A stretch of DNA of 64,000 bases from contig OZ255836.1 of assembly GCA_965277715.1 (NCBI GenBank), forward strand, positions 4,202,767 through 4,266,766, in the 5' to 3' direction. The notes below the pieces were generated by a model that saw only the letters and a list, made by a program, of their open reading frames with translations, was not told the DNA's origin and made no database searches. Below, in pieces: positions 37,426 to 47,400 of the stretch. The stretch comes from Gammaproteobacteria bacterium. GTDB lineage: Bacteria > Pseudomonadota > Gammaproteobacteria > JBCCGL01. A program made the position numbers and the translations under genes. How positions within the stretch are numbered: position 1 is the first letter of the stretch; every line of letters starts with the position of its first letter.

Positions 37426-39372
37426 ATGAATACCCCATTATTATTTTCTAAATCCGGATTATTTTCCAAAACCGGCTTAATCGTCCTGGCCGTTGTCTGT
37501 GCTATCGCGATTGGCGTTATTAATCTCGCCTGGAATGGTGTGCGCATTGATCTCACTGAAAACAAACTGTACACCCTGTCTCAAGGGAGCCGGAATATTC
37601 TCGATGGGCTTGAACAGCCGGTTACCCTGCGCTTCTATTTTTCTGCCAGACAAACCGAATCTTCACCCGCCCTGCGTAACTATGCACGCCGTATTCAGGA
37701 ATTACTGGAGGAGTATGCACAGTTTGGCGGTAGCAATATCGACCTGCGGGTTATCGACCCGGAGCCGTTTTCTGAAGAGGAAGATGCCGCCGATGCCTAC
37801 GGCCTGCAAAAGGTGCGGCTCAGTGTGGGCGGGGATCAGTTATTAATGGGCCTGGTGGGTGAGCGCGAAGGTGGGCAGCCCGAGAGGATTGCCTTTTTTC
37901 ACCCAGACCGTGAAGAATTTCTTGAGCAGGATATCAGCAAGTTGATTTTTTCTGCCAGCCGGGGGCGCAAGCCGACGCTGGGAATTATGTCCAGCCTGAA
38001 CGTCAACGGGGGTGTCGATTTGAACACCCGCCAACCCACCCCCGCCTGGGCGGCCATTACACAGCTACGCAGGCTCTACAACGTACTTAATATCAGCACC
38101 CTGGATAAAAGTATCGCTGATAACGTTGATCTGTTGTTACTGATTCAGCCAGGTACTTTGCCAGAATCGGCACTGTACGCGATCGACCAATATGTTATGC
38201 GCGGCGGTAATGCGATTATTTTTACCGACCCAATGAGCGATATGGCACTTCTGCAGGGTGGTGCACCGGCTGTACCGGAGGCAGCGACATCGATTACCCG
38301 CTTGCTGGAGCACTGGGGGGTAAAAGTTGTGCGGGATAAGATTCTGGGCGATGCGCGCTATGCCCTCAGTGTGAGCCGTGGTGCCAACCAGACACCGATT
38401 CGCTACCTGGCCATTCAGGGTTATGGGCGTGCCAATTTCCCGCAGGACGATGTAATTACCAACAAGCTTGAAACCATTAACGTGGGCAGCACGGGGGTTA
38501 TCGACGCACTGGCCGACAGCGATATCACGTTTACACCGCTGATTACTTCCAGCAACCAGAGCATGCCGATTGAGCGCAGCAAATTTGAACCAGCGCCAGA
38601 CCCGGCCAGACTGCTCCAGGGTTTTACGCCAACGGGTAAAAAATACACCATAGCCGCACGCGTAACAGGCGATTTTAAAACCGCATTCCCGGAGGGTTAT
38701 ACACCGCCGGAACCGGAGAAAAGCGAAGAAGACCAGGCCAATAGCGAAGCGGACAGCGAGGCAAAAGTTGCGCAGGAAGCGGCGCAACTGCCCGAGCATA
38801 TAGATGCTACTGCGCAGCCGGGTAATCTGATTGTGGTCGCGGACTCAGACATCCTCAGCAACCGTTTGTGGGTGCGTGTGCAGGACTTTTTTGGTCAGCA
38901 AATCACCTCACCGTTCGCCGACAATGGCGACTTTTTGCTAAACGCGGTGGACAACCTGTTAGGCAATGCCGATTTGATCAGCATTCGGGGGCGCAGCCGT
39001 TACTCACGCCCCTTCGAGGTGGTTGATGAATTGCGCCGGGATGCAGATGCGCGTTTTCAAAACAAAGAGCGCGAGTTGTTGGTGCGGTTGCAGGAGGCGG
39101 AGAGAAAAATCGCCGAGCTACAGCAGAAAAAGCAGGGTGAAGAAGGCGCTTTAACCCTCAGTGAAGAGCAGGCCGAGACGGTGAAGGGTTTTCAGCAGGA
39201 GAAACTAAAAGTACGCAAGGAATTGCGTGAGGTGCGTCATCAACTGGGTAGCGATATTGATAATCTGGGTAGCTGGTTGAAGTTTATCAATATCGCCTTG
39301 ATACCGATCCTGTTAACGCTTGGAATACTGTTGTTTAAGGTGGGTAGAAGAATCCGTTTGGTTCGTACCTAA
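37426..39372 (+). CDS. GldG-like ABC-system auxiliary protein
   Basis: About 648 aa with N- and C-terminal TM anchors around a large soluble region and a coiled-coil near the C-terminus. It occupies the third position of a GldA/F/G-type operon. The ATG at 37426 is preferred. Confidence 0.7.
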   Translation: MNTPLLFSKSGLFSKTGLIVLAVVCAIAIGVINLAWNGVRIDLTENKLYTLSQGSRNILDGLEQPVTLRFYFSARQTESSPALRNYARRIQELLEEYAQFGGSNIDLRVIDPEPFSEEEDAADAYGLQKVRLSVGGDQLLMGLVGEREGGQPERIAFFHPDREEFLEQDISKLIFSASRGRKPTLGIMSSLNVNGGVDLNTRQPTPAWAAITQLRRLYNVLNISTLDKSIADNVDLLLLIQPGTLPESALYAIDQYVMRGGNAIIFTDPMSDMALLQGGAPAVPEAATSITRLLEHWGVKVVRDKILGDARYALSVSRGANQTPIRYLAIQGYGRANFPQDDVITNKLETINVGSTGVIDALADSDITFTPLITSSNQSMPIERSKFEPAPDPARLLQGFTPTGKKYTIAARVTGDFKTAFPEGYTPPEPEKSEEDQANSEADSEAKVAQEAAQLPEHIDATAQPGNLIVVADSDILSNRLWVRVQDFFGQQITSPFADNGDFLLNAVDNLLGNADLISIRGRSRYSRPFEVVDELRRDADARFQNKERELLVRLQEAERKIAELQQKKQGEEGALTLSEEQAETVKGFQQEKLKVRKELREVRHQLGSDIDNLGSWLKFINIALIPILLTLGILLFKVGRRIRLVRT

Positions 39373-39401
39373 AAGAGCCATAACCGGGATAATCGGGGGG
39401 G

Positions 39402-39878
39402 CTAGGAAGCTTTATAGTCCCCTGATTTACCGCCTGATTTTTCCAGCAAACGCACCGATTGGATCACCATGCCCCGGTCGACTGCCTTGCACATATCGTA
39501 GATTGTCAGCAGCGCTACCTGCACGGCATTGAGCGCTTCCATTTCCACGCCGGTACGGCCATGTGTTTCGGTGCGTGCGGTGCAGTTAATGGCGTTTCGC
39601 GCTGTATCGTGGGTAAAGCTGACTTCGGCGTGGTTTAACCCAATTGGATGGCACAGCGGGATAAGTTCCGCTGTCTTCTTTGATGCCATAATCCCCGCCA
39701 CGCGGGCAATGCCGAGCACATCCCCTTTTTTGTGGTCGCCCGCGAGTATCATCTGCAAAGTAGTGGCCTGCATCAAAATCTCACCACCTGCAACGGCAAT
39801 GCGTCGGGTAACGTCTTTGGCGCCGACATCGACCATATGTGCCTCGCCTTGGGTATTAAAATGGGTGAGTCTGGACAT
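39402..39878 (-). CDS. moaC: Cyclic pyranopterin monophosphate synthase accessory protein MoaC
   Basis: 158-aa ORF collinear with E. coli MoaC from memory ([41 protein letters not shown]). Confidence 0.95.
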   Translation of the reverse strand: MSRLTHFNTQGEAHMVDVGAKDVTRRIAVAGGEILMQATTLQMILAGDHKKGDVLGIARVAGIMASKKTAELIPLCHPIGLNHAEVSFTHDTARNAINCTARTETHGRTGVEMEALNAVQVALLTIYDMCKAVDRGMVIQSVRLLEKSGGKSGDYKAS

Positions 39879-40007
39879 TTTTTCTTCGCCTATTTAGAGG
39901 GTGCCGGAAAACATTGCGAGCGCGGTAGCTTCCCGGCACTCTCTGTAATTGATCGTCAACTTAACGCATACTACAGATACATTGGCCTTATATTCAAACA
40001 ACAATCG

Positions 40008-40241
40008 ATGACAATCCAGGTAAAATTTTTCGCCAGCCTGCGCGAGACACTCAATCTTTCCCACATTCAACTCGAATCATCGGAGTCGCTTGATGCCCAC
40101 GCAGTGTGGGTACAGGCAACCGACAACACCCCCATGCCAGAAAATACCCTGTGTGCTGTCAACCTGTCACACGTTGAGTTGGAACACCTAGTGTGTGATG
40201 GCGATGAAGTGGCTTTTTTCCCGCCAGTAACCGGGGGGTGA
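40008..40241 (+). CDS. moaD: Molybdopterin synthase small (sulfur-carrier) subunit MoaD
   Basis: 77 aa, MTIQVKFFASLRE... ending in the diagnostic FFPPVTGG. The longer ORF-track version (39732) overlaps moaC and is rejected. Confidence 0.9.
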   Translation: MTIQVKFFASLRETLNLSHIQLESSESLDAHAVWVQATDNTPMPENTLCAVNLSHVELEHLVCDGDEVAFFPPVTGG

Positions 40242-40242
40242 T

Positions 40243-40680
40243 ATGGCGGTTCAGCTTTTTTCTGCCCCGTTTGATCCCTATGCACTGTTACAGACCTGGC
40301 AGGCTGATGCGCTGGAGGCCGGGTGTTTTGGCGCCACGGCCAGTTTTGTGGGCAGCATGCGTGACTTTAATCAAAACGATACTGTGCGGGCGATGACGCT
40401 GGAACACTACCCCGGTATGACCGAGGGTCAGCTTGAGTCGATTGTCGAGGACGCCAAACAAAAATGGCCACTGCTCGATGCATTGATCGCACACCGTATT
40501 GGTGAAATCAGCCCCGGTGAGCCGATTGTGCTCACTGTGTGTTGGTCGGCGCACCGTGCTGCTGCGTTTGATGCCTGTCGGTTTTTGATGGAGGCGTTGA
40601 AATCGCGGGCGCCGTTTTGGAAGAAGGAAACGCTGGAGGGCGATGCTACCCGTTGGGTTTCGGGTAATACGATTGGTTAG
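40243..40680 (+). CDS. moaE: Molybdopterin synthase catalytic subunit MoaE
   Basis: 145-aa ORF starting 1 nt after moaD. It has the conserved HR.G....GE and FWKKE segments. Confidence 0.9.
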   Translation: MAVQLFSAPFDPYALLQTWQADALEAGCFGATASFVGSMRDFNQNDTVRAMTLEHYPGMTEGQLESIVEDAKQKWPLLDALIAHRIGEISPGEPIVLTVCWSAHRAAAFDACRFLMEALKSRAPFWKKETLEGDATRWVSGNTIG

Positions 40681-40793
40681 ATGTGCATGTATTAACTTGC
40701 ACACAAGTCAATATATGATGTCTGACGTATTAGCCAATAATTGTTCCAGAAAAAAGCGCTCTGGAACAATTAGTTGCAAGTTAATACATATCA

Positions 40794-40881
40794 GGAGCCT
40801 GTCGGATTCAGGACTGCTCTATTGCGGAAAAACTGATTTGGCCCTTTTTTGTGCGTCCATTTCTTGCGTACTACCCCGTTA
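40794..40881. repeat. Family-B dispersed element, second copy
   Basis: GGAGCCTGTCGGATTCAGGACTGCTCTATTGCGGAAAAAC...CCCCGTTA matches 28666-28754. It lies between the convergent moaE and MBL genes. Confidence 0.65.
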
Positions 40882-40900
40882 AATAGAACCACTATATTCC

Positions 40901-41767
40901 TCAATAAAGCACATCAAGCGGAATCTTGAGATACACAATCCCATTACCCTCTGCCACCGGTAACCTACCCGCACGCATATTGACTTGCACAGAAGGTAAA
41001 AGCAGCTTAGGCACGGTCGAATCGTCATCTCGTTTTTTGCGTATTGCTACAAAATCACGCTGGGTCACGCCGCCGCCAAAATGGATATTGTGGTTGCGCT
41101 CGTCAGCTACAGTGGTTTCCCATTGATAATGATCTCTGCCAGAAGGCAGGTAGTCGTGGCACATAAACAGGCGGGTTTCATCTGGCAGCGCCAATACTCT
41201 TTGGATTGATCGATACAATGCATCCGCATCACCGCCAGGAAAGTCGGTGCGGGCGGTGCCAAAATCCGGCATGAACAAGGTATCGCCAACAAAGGCGGCA
41301 TCGCCAATCACATAAGTTGAGCACGCAGGTGTATGGCCGGGTGTAAACAGTACCTTTGCACACAGATCACCAATCTGAAAACATTCTTCATCCTCAAACA
41401 GATGGTCGAACTGCGAACCGTCAGTGGCGAATTCCGGCCCTGCGTTAAAGAGGTTTTTGAAGGCCGACTGCACCTCGGTAATACGCGAGCCAATCGCAAC
41501 TTTACCGCCCAATGTCTCGGCCAAATAGGGGGCTGCTGTTAAGTGGTCTGCGTGTACATGTGTTTCCAGAATCCACTGAACGGAAAGGTTTTGGTTGCGC
41601 ACGTACTCGACAAGCTTATCTGAAGATTCGGTACTCGTGCACCCGGAGGCAGGGTCATAATTCAGAACCGGGTCGATAATGGCGCAATGTTTGCCATTGG
41701 GTTCGGACACAACATAGCTGATCGTATGGCTGGCTGCGTCGAAGAAGGCTTCAATCACTGGGCTCAT
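40901..41767 (-). CDS. MBL-fold metallo-hydrolase (persulfide-dioxygenase-like)
   Basis: 288-aa ORF with HVHADH (HxHxDH) and TPGHTP, as in ETHE1/PDO-type enzymes. The function is not certain. Confidence 0.7.
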   Translation of the reverse strand: MSPVIEAFFDAASHTISYVVSEPNGKHCAIIDPVLNYDPASGCTSTESSDKLVEYVRNQNLSVQWILETHVHADHLTAAPYLAETLGGKVAIGSRITEVQSAFKNLFNAGPEFATDGSQFDHLFEDEECFQIGDLCAKVLFTPGHTPACSTYVIGDAAFVGDTLFMPDFGTARTDFPGGDADALYRSIQRVLALPDETRLFMCHDYLPSGRDHYQWETTVADERNHNIHFGGGVTQRDFVAIRKKRDDDSTVPKLLLPSVQVNMRAGRLPVAEGNGIVYLKIPLDVLY

Positions 41768-42061
41768 AAGTTTTATTTGCCTTTAGTAATAGTCAGTATG
41801 ACTATTTATTATAAGCGTATTCTAAAAAAATATAATTCTGAAACTGTAAATATACCCCTTTCAGAATAAGGTAAACGGTGTACTTAGGAGTCTGGTGCTG
41901 ATTGCTGGTAGTATGAGATTGTGCTTTTGAATGTATTGCTTACTTATTCAGTACGCCGCCGGTTCTGAATTGATGCGTTATCGGTTTCGGTAAGTTAACT
42001 TTGATAACCTTACTATATCAATCGATGCAACGTCGGCGGTGTACCGGGACAACAACGGCCA

Positions 42062-43471
42062 TTATTTTAACAATACAAAATAAGCCCGATTGCCACGTTG
42101 AATATTGAGCAGAATTTCACCGTTCGGCCCCGCATCAATCACCCGCTTCATATCATCAACATCACTAATGCGCGCCCGATTAATTGACAACACAATGTCA
42201 TCCTCGCGTATGCCCGATTGTGCTGCCGGGCTGCCCGGTTCAACGCTTTCTATGACGACATAACGCACCGTTTGGTAACGGTCTTTTTTCTCCACGTCGA
42301 CAAACACAGCACCCGATAGCAACGGTGAGGCGCTGACACCTCTCAATACCCTGCGCTGCTGCGCTTCAATCGTCGCGTTGACCACGCGCTCGACACCCCC
42401 GCGCACCACTTTCATCTTCACTGTCTGGCCAACCCGCAATAAGCCAATGGTATTTTTAATATCGTTGCTGTAACGCACCCGGCGGCCATCGACTGCGGTG
42501 AGTACATCGCCCGTCTGTAAACCGGCCCGCGATGCAGGGGAGTCTGGTTCCACCTGAACAATGACAACGCCCCTTTTAATATCCAGGCCGAATGCCTGCG
42601 CCAATTGACCGGTCAACTCCTGCACGGCAATGCCCAGTCGCCCCCGGCGGACTTCGCCAAATTCGATAAGCTGCTGCATGATCTGCCGCGCCATATTGGC
42701 CGGAATGGCGAAGCCAATACCGATATTGCCACCGTTAGGCCCGAGGATAGCGGTGTTGATACCGACCAGGCTCCCGCGCAAATCGATCAAAGCACCCCCT
42801 GAGTTCCCCGGATTAATTGAGGCGTCGGTCTGGATAAAGTCTTCAAAATCCTCAATGCCCAACCCCGAGCGGGACAAGGCGCTGACAATACCTGAGGTAA
42901 CCGTCTGGCCCAGGCCAAATGGATTGCCGATGGCGACGACAAAATCCCCGACGCGCAGTGTGTCTGAGTCAGCCCAGTCCAACGCGGTTAAATCATCCGC
43001 AGGGATCTGTATCACCGCGACATCGGCGAGTGGGTCGCTACCCACTTTGCGTGCGCTTAGCTCGCGCCCATCGGTCAGGGTCACGGTGATCTCGCTGGCA
43101 TTTTCGATCACATGGTGGTTGGTCAGAATTAAACCCTCGTCGGCGTCGACGATCACGCCAGAGCCAAGGCTTTGGGTTGGCCGTTCACGGGAAGGGCTTG
43201 GCAAATCAAAAAAACGCCGAAAAAACGGATCTTCAAACAGTGGGTTGCTGCGTACCCGCACCGAGCCACGGGTGGCGATATTGACGACGGCGGGCGTGGT
43301 TTTTTCCAGTATGGGTGCCAGGCTGGGCAGAGGCTGCCCTTCAATGACAGTCGGCAGGGCAGCCCATAATGGTGATGTAAAGAGAGCGAGGCAGGGGATT
43401 CCGCAGTGGTATAAGCAGGCGATGGGCAATGCAATGAATCTATTTGTTTGCATAAGATACTCAGTAAACAA
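42062..43471 (-). CDS. Periplasmic serine endoprotease, DegP/DegQ (HtrA) family
   Basis: 469-aa ORF with a trypsin-like domain (TNHHV, GNSGGAL) followed by two PDZ-like regions. An alternative start lies at 43456. Confidence 0.92.
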   Translation of the reverse strand: MFTEYLMQTNRFIALPIACLYHCGIPCLALFTSPLWAALPTVIEGQPLPSLAPILEKTTPAVVNIATRGSVRVRSNPLFEDPFFRRFFDLPSPSRERPTQSLGSGVIVDADEGLILTNHHVIENASEITVTLTDGRELSARKVGSDPLADVAVIQIPADDLTALDWADSDTLRVGDFVVAIGNPFGLGQTVTSGIVSALSRSGLGIEDFEDFIQTDASINPGNSGGALIDLRGSLVGINTAILGPNGGNIGIGFAIPANMARQIMQQLIEFGEVRRGRLGIAVQELTGQLAQAFGLDIKRGVVIVQVEPDSPASRAGLQTGDVLTAVDGRRVRYSNDIKNTIGLLRVGQTVKMKVVRGGVERVVNATIEAQQRRVLRGVSASPLLSGAVFVDVEKKDRYQTVRYVVIESVEPGSPAAQSGIREDDIVLSINRARISDVDDMKRVIDAGPNGEILLNIQRGNRAYFVLLK

Positions 43472-43627
43472 ACCGTCTATGCATTATAGAACGCCGCTCG
43501 AATCCAATCAGTAAAATTAACTTTTCCTGAATCTGTGCGAGACAAACTTTCACTTTAACGATACGCTGCAGGCTGTAGCGATTTTTATACCCAAGTACAC
43601 ATCGGTCACGCAGTTTTCCACACACTT

Positions 43628-46216
43628 ATGTTTAAAACCCTCCAATCCGTTGCGGCATTATTGCTTAGTTTCGGTCTGTTTATTATGGCCAATGGCCTAT
43701 TCTCCACACTGCTCGGCGTGCGTACCACCATTGAGGGATTCTCTGCGGGGATGGCGGGTTTAATCGTCGCCTGCTATTTTTTTGGCCTGCTTATTGGGGC
43801 GCGTTACGCGGTGCGCTTTGTCGGTGTCGGTGGCTATATCCGCACCTTTGCGGCATTTGCCTCGGTAATGTCGATCTCGGCTTTATTGCATGTGATTTGG
43901 GTCGACCCTTACGCGTGGATGGCGATGCGTATGCTGTCGGGGTTTTGTATGGCCGGGTTGGTGATGATTACCGAGAGCTGGCTCAATCAGCGTGCCAATA
44001 ACGCCATGCGTGGGCAGTTACTGTCATTTTATATGATCACCAACTACCTCGGTGGTGGTTGTGGTCAGTTTTTACTGCCGCTGGCTGACCCTGAAAAATT
44101 TCACCTGTTCAGCCTGGTCTCCATTTTGTTTTCGCTGGCATTAATTCCCGTTTTGATGACGCGCTCCAAGGCACCGCCACCGCCAAAACCGATGCCGATC
44201 AACCTGCGGGCACTGTTTCGCCTGTCGCCAGTAGGGGTATTCGGCGCGTTTTGTGCCGGTTGGATCAGCGCGACGAATAACGGTTTGTTGCCGGTATTCA
44301 CCCGCGAAATCGGCATGACGATAAACGGCACTTCAGTGTTTATGTTTTGCCTGATTTTTAGCGGGCTGTTACTACAGTGGCCTATCGGCAAACTGTCCGA
44401 CCGTATGGACCGCCGCCGCGTATTGCTGATTGTGGCCTCGGTAACACTGGTTTCCAGCGGTTTGATGTTTGTCGCGGTATATACCCGTGATCAATTTGGT
44501 TTTACGCCGTTGTTTATACTGGCGGCAGTGTACGGCAGTACGTTTTACACCCTCTACTCGATCAGCTCTGCACATATCGCCGATAACGCCTCGGCGGCGG
44601 GCGCTAGCATGGTAACCGTGGCCAGCGGTATTTTGGTGGTGTACGGCAGCGGTGCGATTATTGGCCCGATTGTCGTAGGGCAGGTAATGACTGTGCTGGG
44701 GCCACAGGGCATCTTTTTTACCATTGGCGCGATATTACTGTTGTTGTGTTTATACGTGGTGTATCGCCGCAATCGCCGTGTCGCGGTCAACGACAGCGAG
44801 AAACAGCCCTTTATACCGATGCCCGGCACGCAATTTACCGGGGCTGGGTTGTACAGCGCTGCCCGCCGGGAAGTTGACCGCGCCTTTTCAAAGCTGACCA
44901 GTGGCTTTGGATTGCGCGAACATTCAGACGACCCTACACTGGCGGCTTCACCGCCACAGCCAGCCGGAAATAACACCATGAGCCGCATCACCTCCTACCC
45001 CAAAGACCACTGGTCATTACAAGTGGATATTCCCTACAGCATGGGGGTAAAACAGGGTGGCTTAATTTTTCTCAGCGGGCAGGCGGATTTACGCGGTAAT
45101 GGCGAGGTATGCCATCCTGGTGATCTATTGAAACAGACGGCAGCGGCGATTGCCCATATCAAGACACTGTTTGCCGACCTTGGTAGCGACAGTGAAAAAC
45201 TGGTTAAGCTCACAGTGTTTTATGTCAACCGTGGTGATGTCGACCAGGGCGCGTATCAAGCAGAGATTGCCCGCTTACTCGGCACGCACAACCAGCCAGT
45301 GGTTGCGATGGTGCCACTGAGTCATTTCTTCTATCCCGGTGCGCTGGTTGAAATCGACGCAGTGGGTGTCGATTCGGTGGCACCGCGCCAATACGTTGCC
45401 GACCCGGCCTATGGCCCGGTGACACTTGGGTTAAGCCAGGCCTTGCGTTGTGGTGAGTATATTTTTATCGGTGGTACAACGGCGATAAGTGCCGATGGTA
45501 CGGTGCAACACCCCGACGATAGCGTGCAACAAACGCATCAGGTATTGGCCCGGCTTGAACGCTTGCTCGGTGAATTTGGGGCGGACAGGCGTGACCTGGT
45601 TAAGCTGAATAACTGGTTTGTTATTGCCGGTAATGCTGAAGAATGGTCGCAGAGTGCACAGGTGCGCGCTGATTTTTACCCCGAGCCTGGGCCGGTCGCG
45701 ACCGGCCATCCACTGCAAACCCTCGGTGCGCTAGGGCTTGCCATCAGCACCGATTGCTGGGCGATGCTCGGCGAGGATGGCAGCCGCATACCTAAACAAC
45801 ACGCCTGGCCTGAAGGGCACTGGGACTGGCCGATTCATTTGCCGTTCAAGCACGGCTTGATGTGCCCTTTAAGTACAGGTGGCAAGCTGATTTTTATGGG
45901 GGGGCAGGTATCGCTCGATCAGCAGGCCAATGTAATTGACCCCGGCAAACTGGCGGAACAAACGCGCACCAGCATGGAAAATATTGGCAAAGTACTGGCT
46001 GAGTTCGATGCGGGTTATGCCGATATTTTGAAATTGAACACCTGGTATCAGGGGAATAATGACCCTGATACAGACGCGGAGGCGCTGCATACCAGTGTGA
46101 ATACCCGCTCTGCGTACTTCCAAAAACCCGGCCCGGCGTCGACGGGTATACCTTTAGATAATTTATCTTATGAGGATATGCTGACCGAAACTGAGGTGGT
46201 GGCCTACCTGGAATAG
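43628..46216 (+). CDS. Fusion protein: YcaD-like MFS transporter plus three tandem RidA/YjgF domains
   Basis: Uninterrupted 862-codon ORF. Residues 1 to about 385 resemble E. coli YcaD (12 TM). A linker ...DDPTLAASPPQPAGNNT follows. Then come three segments of about 135-140 aa, each with the RidA pattern (GLIFLSGQ...LVKLTVFY...VEIDAV; YIFIGGTT...LVKLNNWF; LIFMGGQV...ILKLNTWY...TEVVA). Confidence 0.8.
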   Translation: MFKTLQSVAALLLSFGLFIMANGLFSTLLGVRTTIEGFSAGMAGLIVACYFFGLLIGARYAVRFVGVGGYIRTFAAFASVMSISALLHVIWVDPYAWMAMRMLSGFCMAGLVMITESWLNQRANNAMRGQLLSFYMITNYLGGGCGQFLLPLADPEKFHLFSLVSILFSLALIPVLMTRSKAPPPPKPMPINLRALFRLSPVGVFGAFCAGWISATNNGLLPVFTREIGMTINGTSVFMFCLIFSGLLLQWPIGKLSDRMDRRRVLLIVASVTLVSSGLMFVAVYTRDQFGFTPLFILAAVYGSTFYTLYSISSAHIADNASAAGASMVTVASGILVVYGSGAIIGPIVVGQVMTVLGPQGIFFTIGAILLLLCLYVVYRRNRRVAVNDSEKQPFIPMPGTQFTGAGLYSAARREVDRAFSKLTSGFGLREHSDDPTLAASPPQPAGNNTMSRITSYPKDHWSLQVDIPYSMGVKQGGLIFLSGQADLRGNGEVCHPGDLLKQTAAAIAHIKTLFADLGSDSEKLVKLTVFYVNRGDVDQGAYQAEIARLLGTHNQPVVAMVPLSHFFYPGALVEIDAVGVDSVAPRQYVADPAYGPVTLGLSQALRCGEYIFIGGTTAISADGTVQHPDDSVQQTHQVLARLERLLGEFGADRRDLVKLNNWFVIAGNAEEWSQSAQVRADFYPEPGPVATGHPLQTLGALGLAISTDCWAMLGEDGSRIPKQHAWPEGHWDWPIHLPFKHGLMCPLSTGGKLIFMGGQVSLDQQANVIDPGKLAEQTRTSMENIGKVLAEFDAGYADILKLNTWYQGNNDPDTDAEALHTSVNTRSAYFQKPGPASTGIPLDNLSYEDMLTETEVVAYLE

Positions 46217-46428
46217 TGAAGAGGCTAATCGAATTTTTCGATGCCATAAAAGTAGCAACTGTACCTAACTTAGAGAAGGCTTGGTAGAGTGGTTTGAACT
46301 GAACGGTGATAGTCCTTTTTTTTAGTATTATTTTGGAGTTGTCTTCTACAGAGTGCCCTCTCTGAATTGAATTAGCGCTGTTCTGCATTATTAAAAAATA
46401 ACCCTAAACAATCAGATAGGGAAAAGTT

Positions 46429-47400
46429 ATGCCTTCAACACGAAACCAGATGATCGACTTTATTCAACGAGGAAATATCGAACCTGAGCATGTTGATGCT
46501 GCGCTTGCCGTCTCAGGCATTAGGCCCAGCCCAAAGAGCTGGCGCCAGTTCCTTGAACGGTTATCAGTGGTGCTGGGGGGGCTATCACTGGCTTTCGCGC
46601 TGATGTTTTTGGTCGCTTATAACTGGGGGAGCATTGGTCGGTTCGAAAAATTCGGGTTGGTTCAACTCTCGATTGTGCTTGCGATTGGCGGTTACTGGAA
46701 ACTGGGTGCCGACACACTTTCGGCAAAAATTTCACTACTGGTCGGCTCGATTCTGATCGGTGTACTCCTTGCGTTATATGGCCAGACATACCAAACCGGT
46801 GTCGACCCCTGGCAACTCTTTTTTAGCTGGGCGCTTTTGTTATTGCCCTGGGCGTTACTGGGGCGGTTCGCCGCCCTCTGGGTCGTTTGGCTATTACTCA
46901 TTAACCTGAGTTTAGTGTTATACCACCAACCGATCCACAGGGGGGTTTGGTTTCCCTTTGAACTTGAGGTCGATTCGTTATGGATATTGTTTATTTTTAA
47001 CAGCTTTGCATTACTAATCTGGGAGCTTGCCGCTGGCTATTTCCGATGGCTTTCGGCGCGATGGCCCACACGGTTATTGGCAGTGATGAGTGGGGTTTTA
47101 ATTACCTGGCTGGTAGTGATGGCCATATTTGATAATAGTGATGCCCACAGCCCCGGTGTTTTAGTGTGGTTGATCTGGGTGCCGGTTATTTATTTTACCT
47201 ATCGCACACTTCAACCTGATCTCTTTATGCTTGCGGGCATGTGTTTGTCGGGCATTACAATTATCGTTTCGGTTCTGTTGTGGCTTACGGTCGATGGTCT
47301 CGAAGAAGGTGGTTTCCTGTTGATTGCGATCACTTTAATCGGCTTGAGCAGTGGTGCGACGCTCTGGTTAAAAGGCATTCATCGGGGGTGGCAGTCATGA
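46429..47400 (+). CDS. DUF2157-like integral membrane protein
   Basis: 323-aa ORF with a soluble N-terminal segment of about 40 aa followed by multiple TM helices. It is the first gene of a translationally coupled triplet. Confidence 0.6.
   Translation: MPSTRNQMIDFIQRGNIEPEHVDAALAVSGIRPSPKSWRQFLERLSVVLGGLSLAFALMFLVAYNWGSIGRFEKFGLVQLSIVLAIGGYWKLGADTLSAKISLLVGSILIGVLLALYGQTYQTGVDPWQLFFSWALLLLPWALLGRFAALWVVWLLLINLSLVLYHQPIHRGVWFPFELEVDSLWILFIFNSFALLIWELAAGYFRWLSARWPTRLLAVMSGVLITWLVVMAIFDNSDAHSPGVLVWLIWVPVIYFTYRTLQPDLFMLAGMCLSGITIIVSVLLWLTVDGLEEGGFLLIAITLIGLSSGATLWLKGIHRGWQS

Noticed and set aside
38137-38799. 220-aa ORF antisense to the GldG-like gene
   Set aside because: Shadow ORF inside a long sense gene, with an Arg/Cys-rich low-complexity translation.
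39896-39944. Moco riboswitch
   Set aside because: Only a single long hairpin is visible. I could not recognise the multi-stem Moco RNA motif, so it is kept only as an unexplained hairpin in the findings.
39732-40241. 169-aa extended version of moaD
   Set aside because: The upstream 92 codons overlap moaC on the opposite strand. MoaD proteins are about 80 aa, and the ATG at 40008 gives the canonical size ending in GG.
42630-43514. 294-aa ORF antisense to the DegQ-type protease gene
   Set aside because: Shadow frame of a confidently identified protease, with a Ser/Pro/Arg-rich translation.
45894-46388. 164-aa minus-strand ORF overlapping the end of the MFS-RidA gene
   Set aside because: It is mostly antisense to the third RidA domain, with no motif support.
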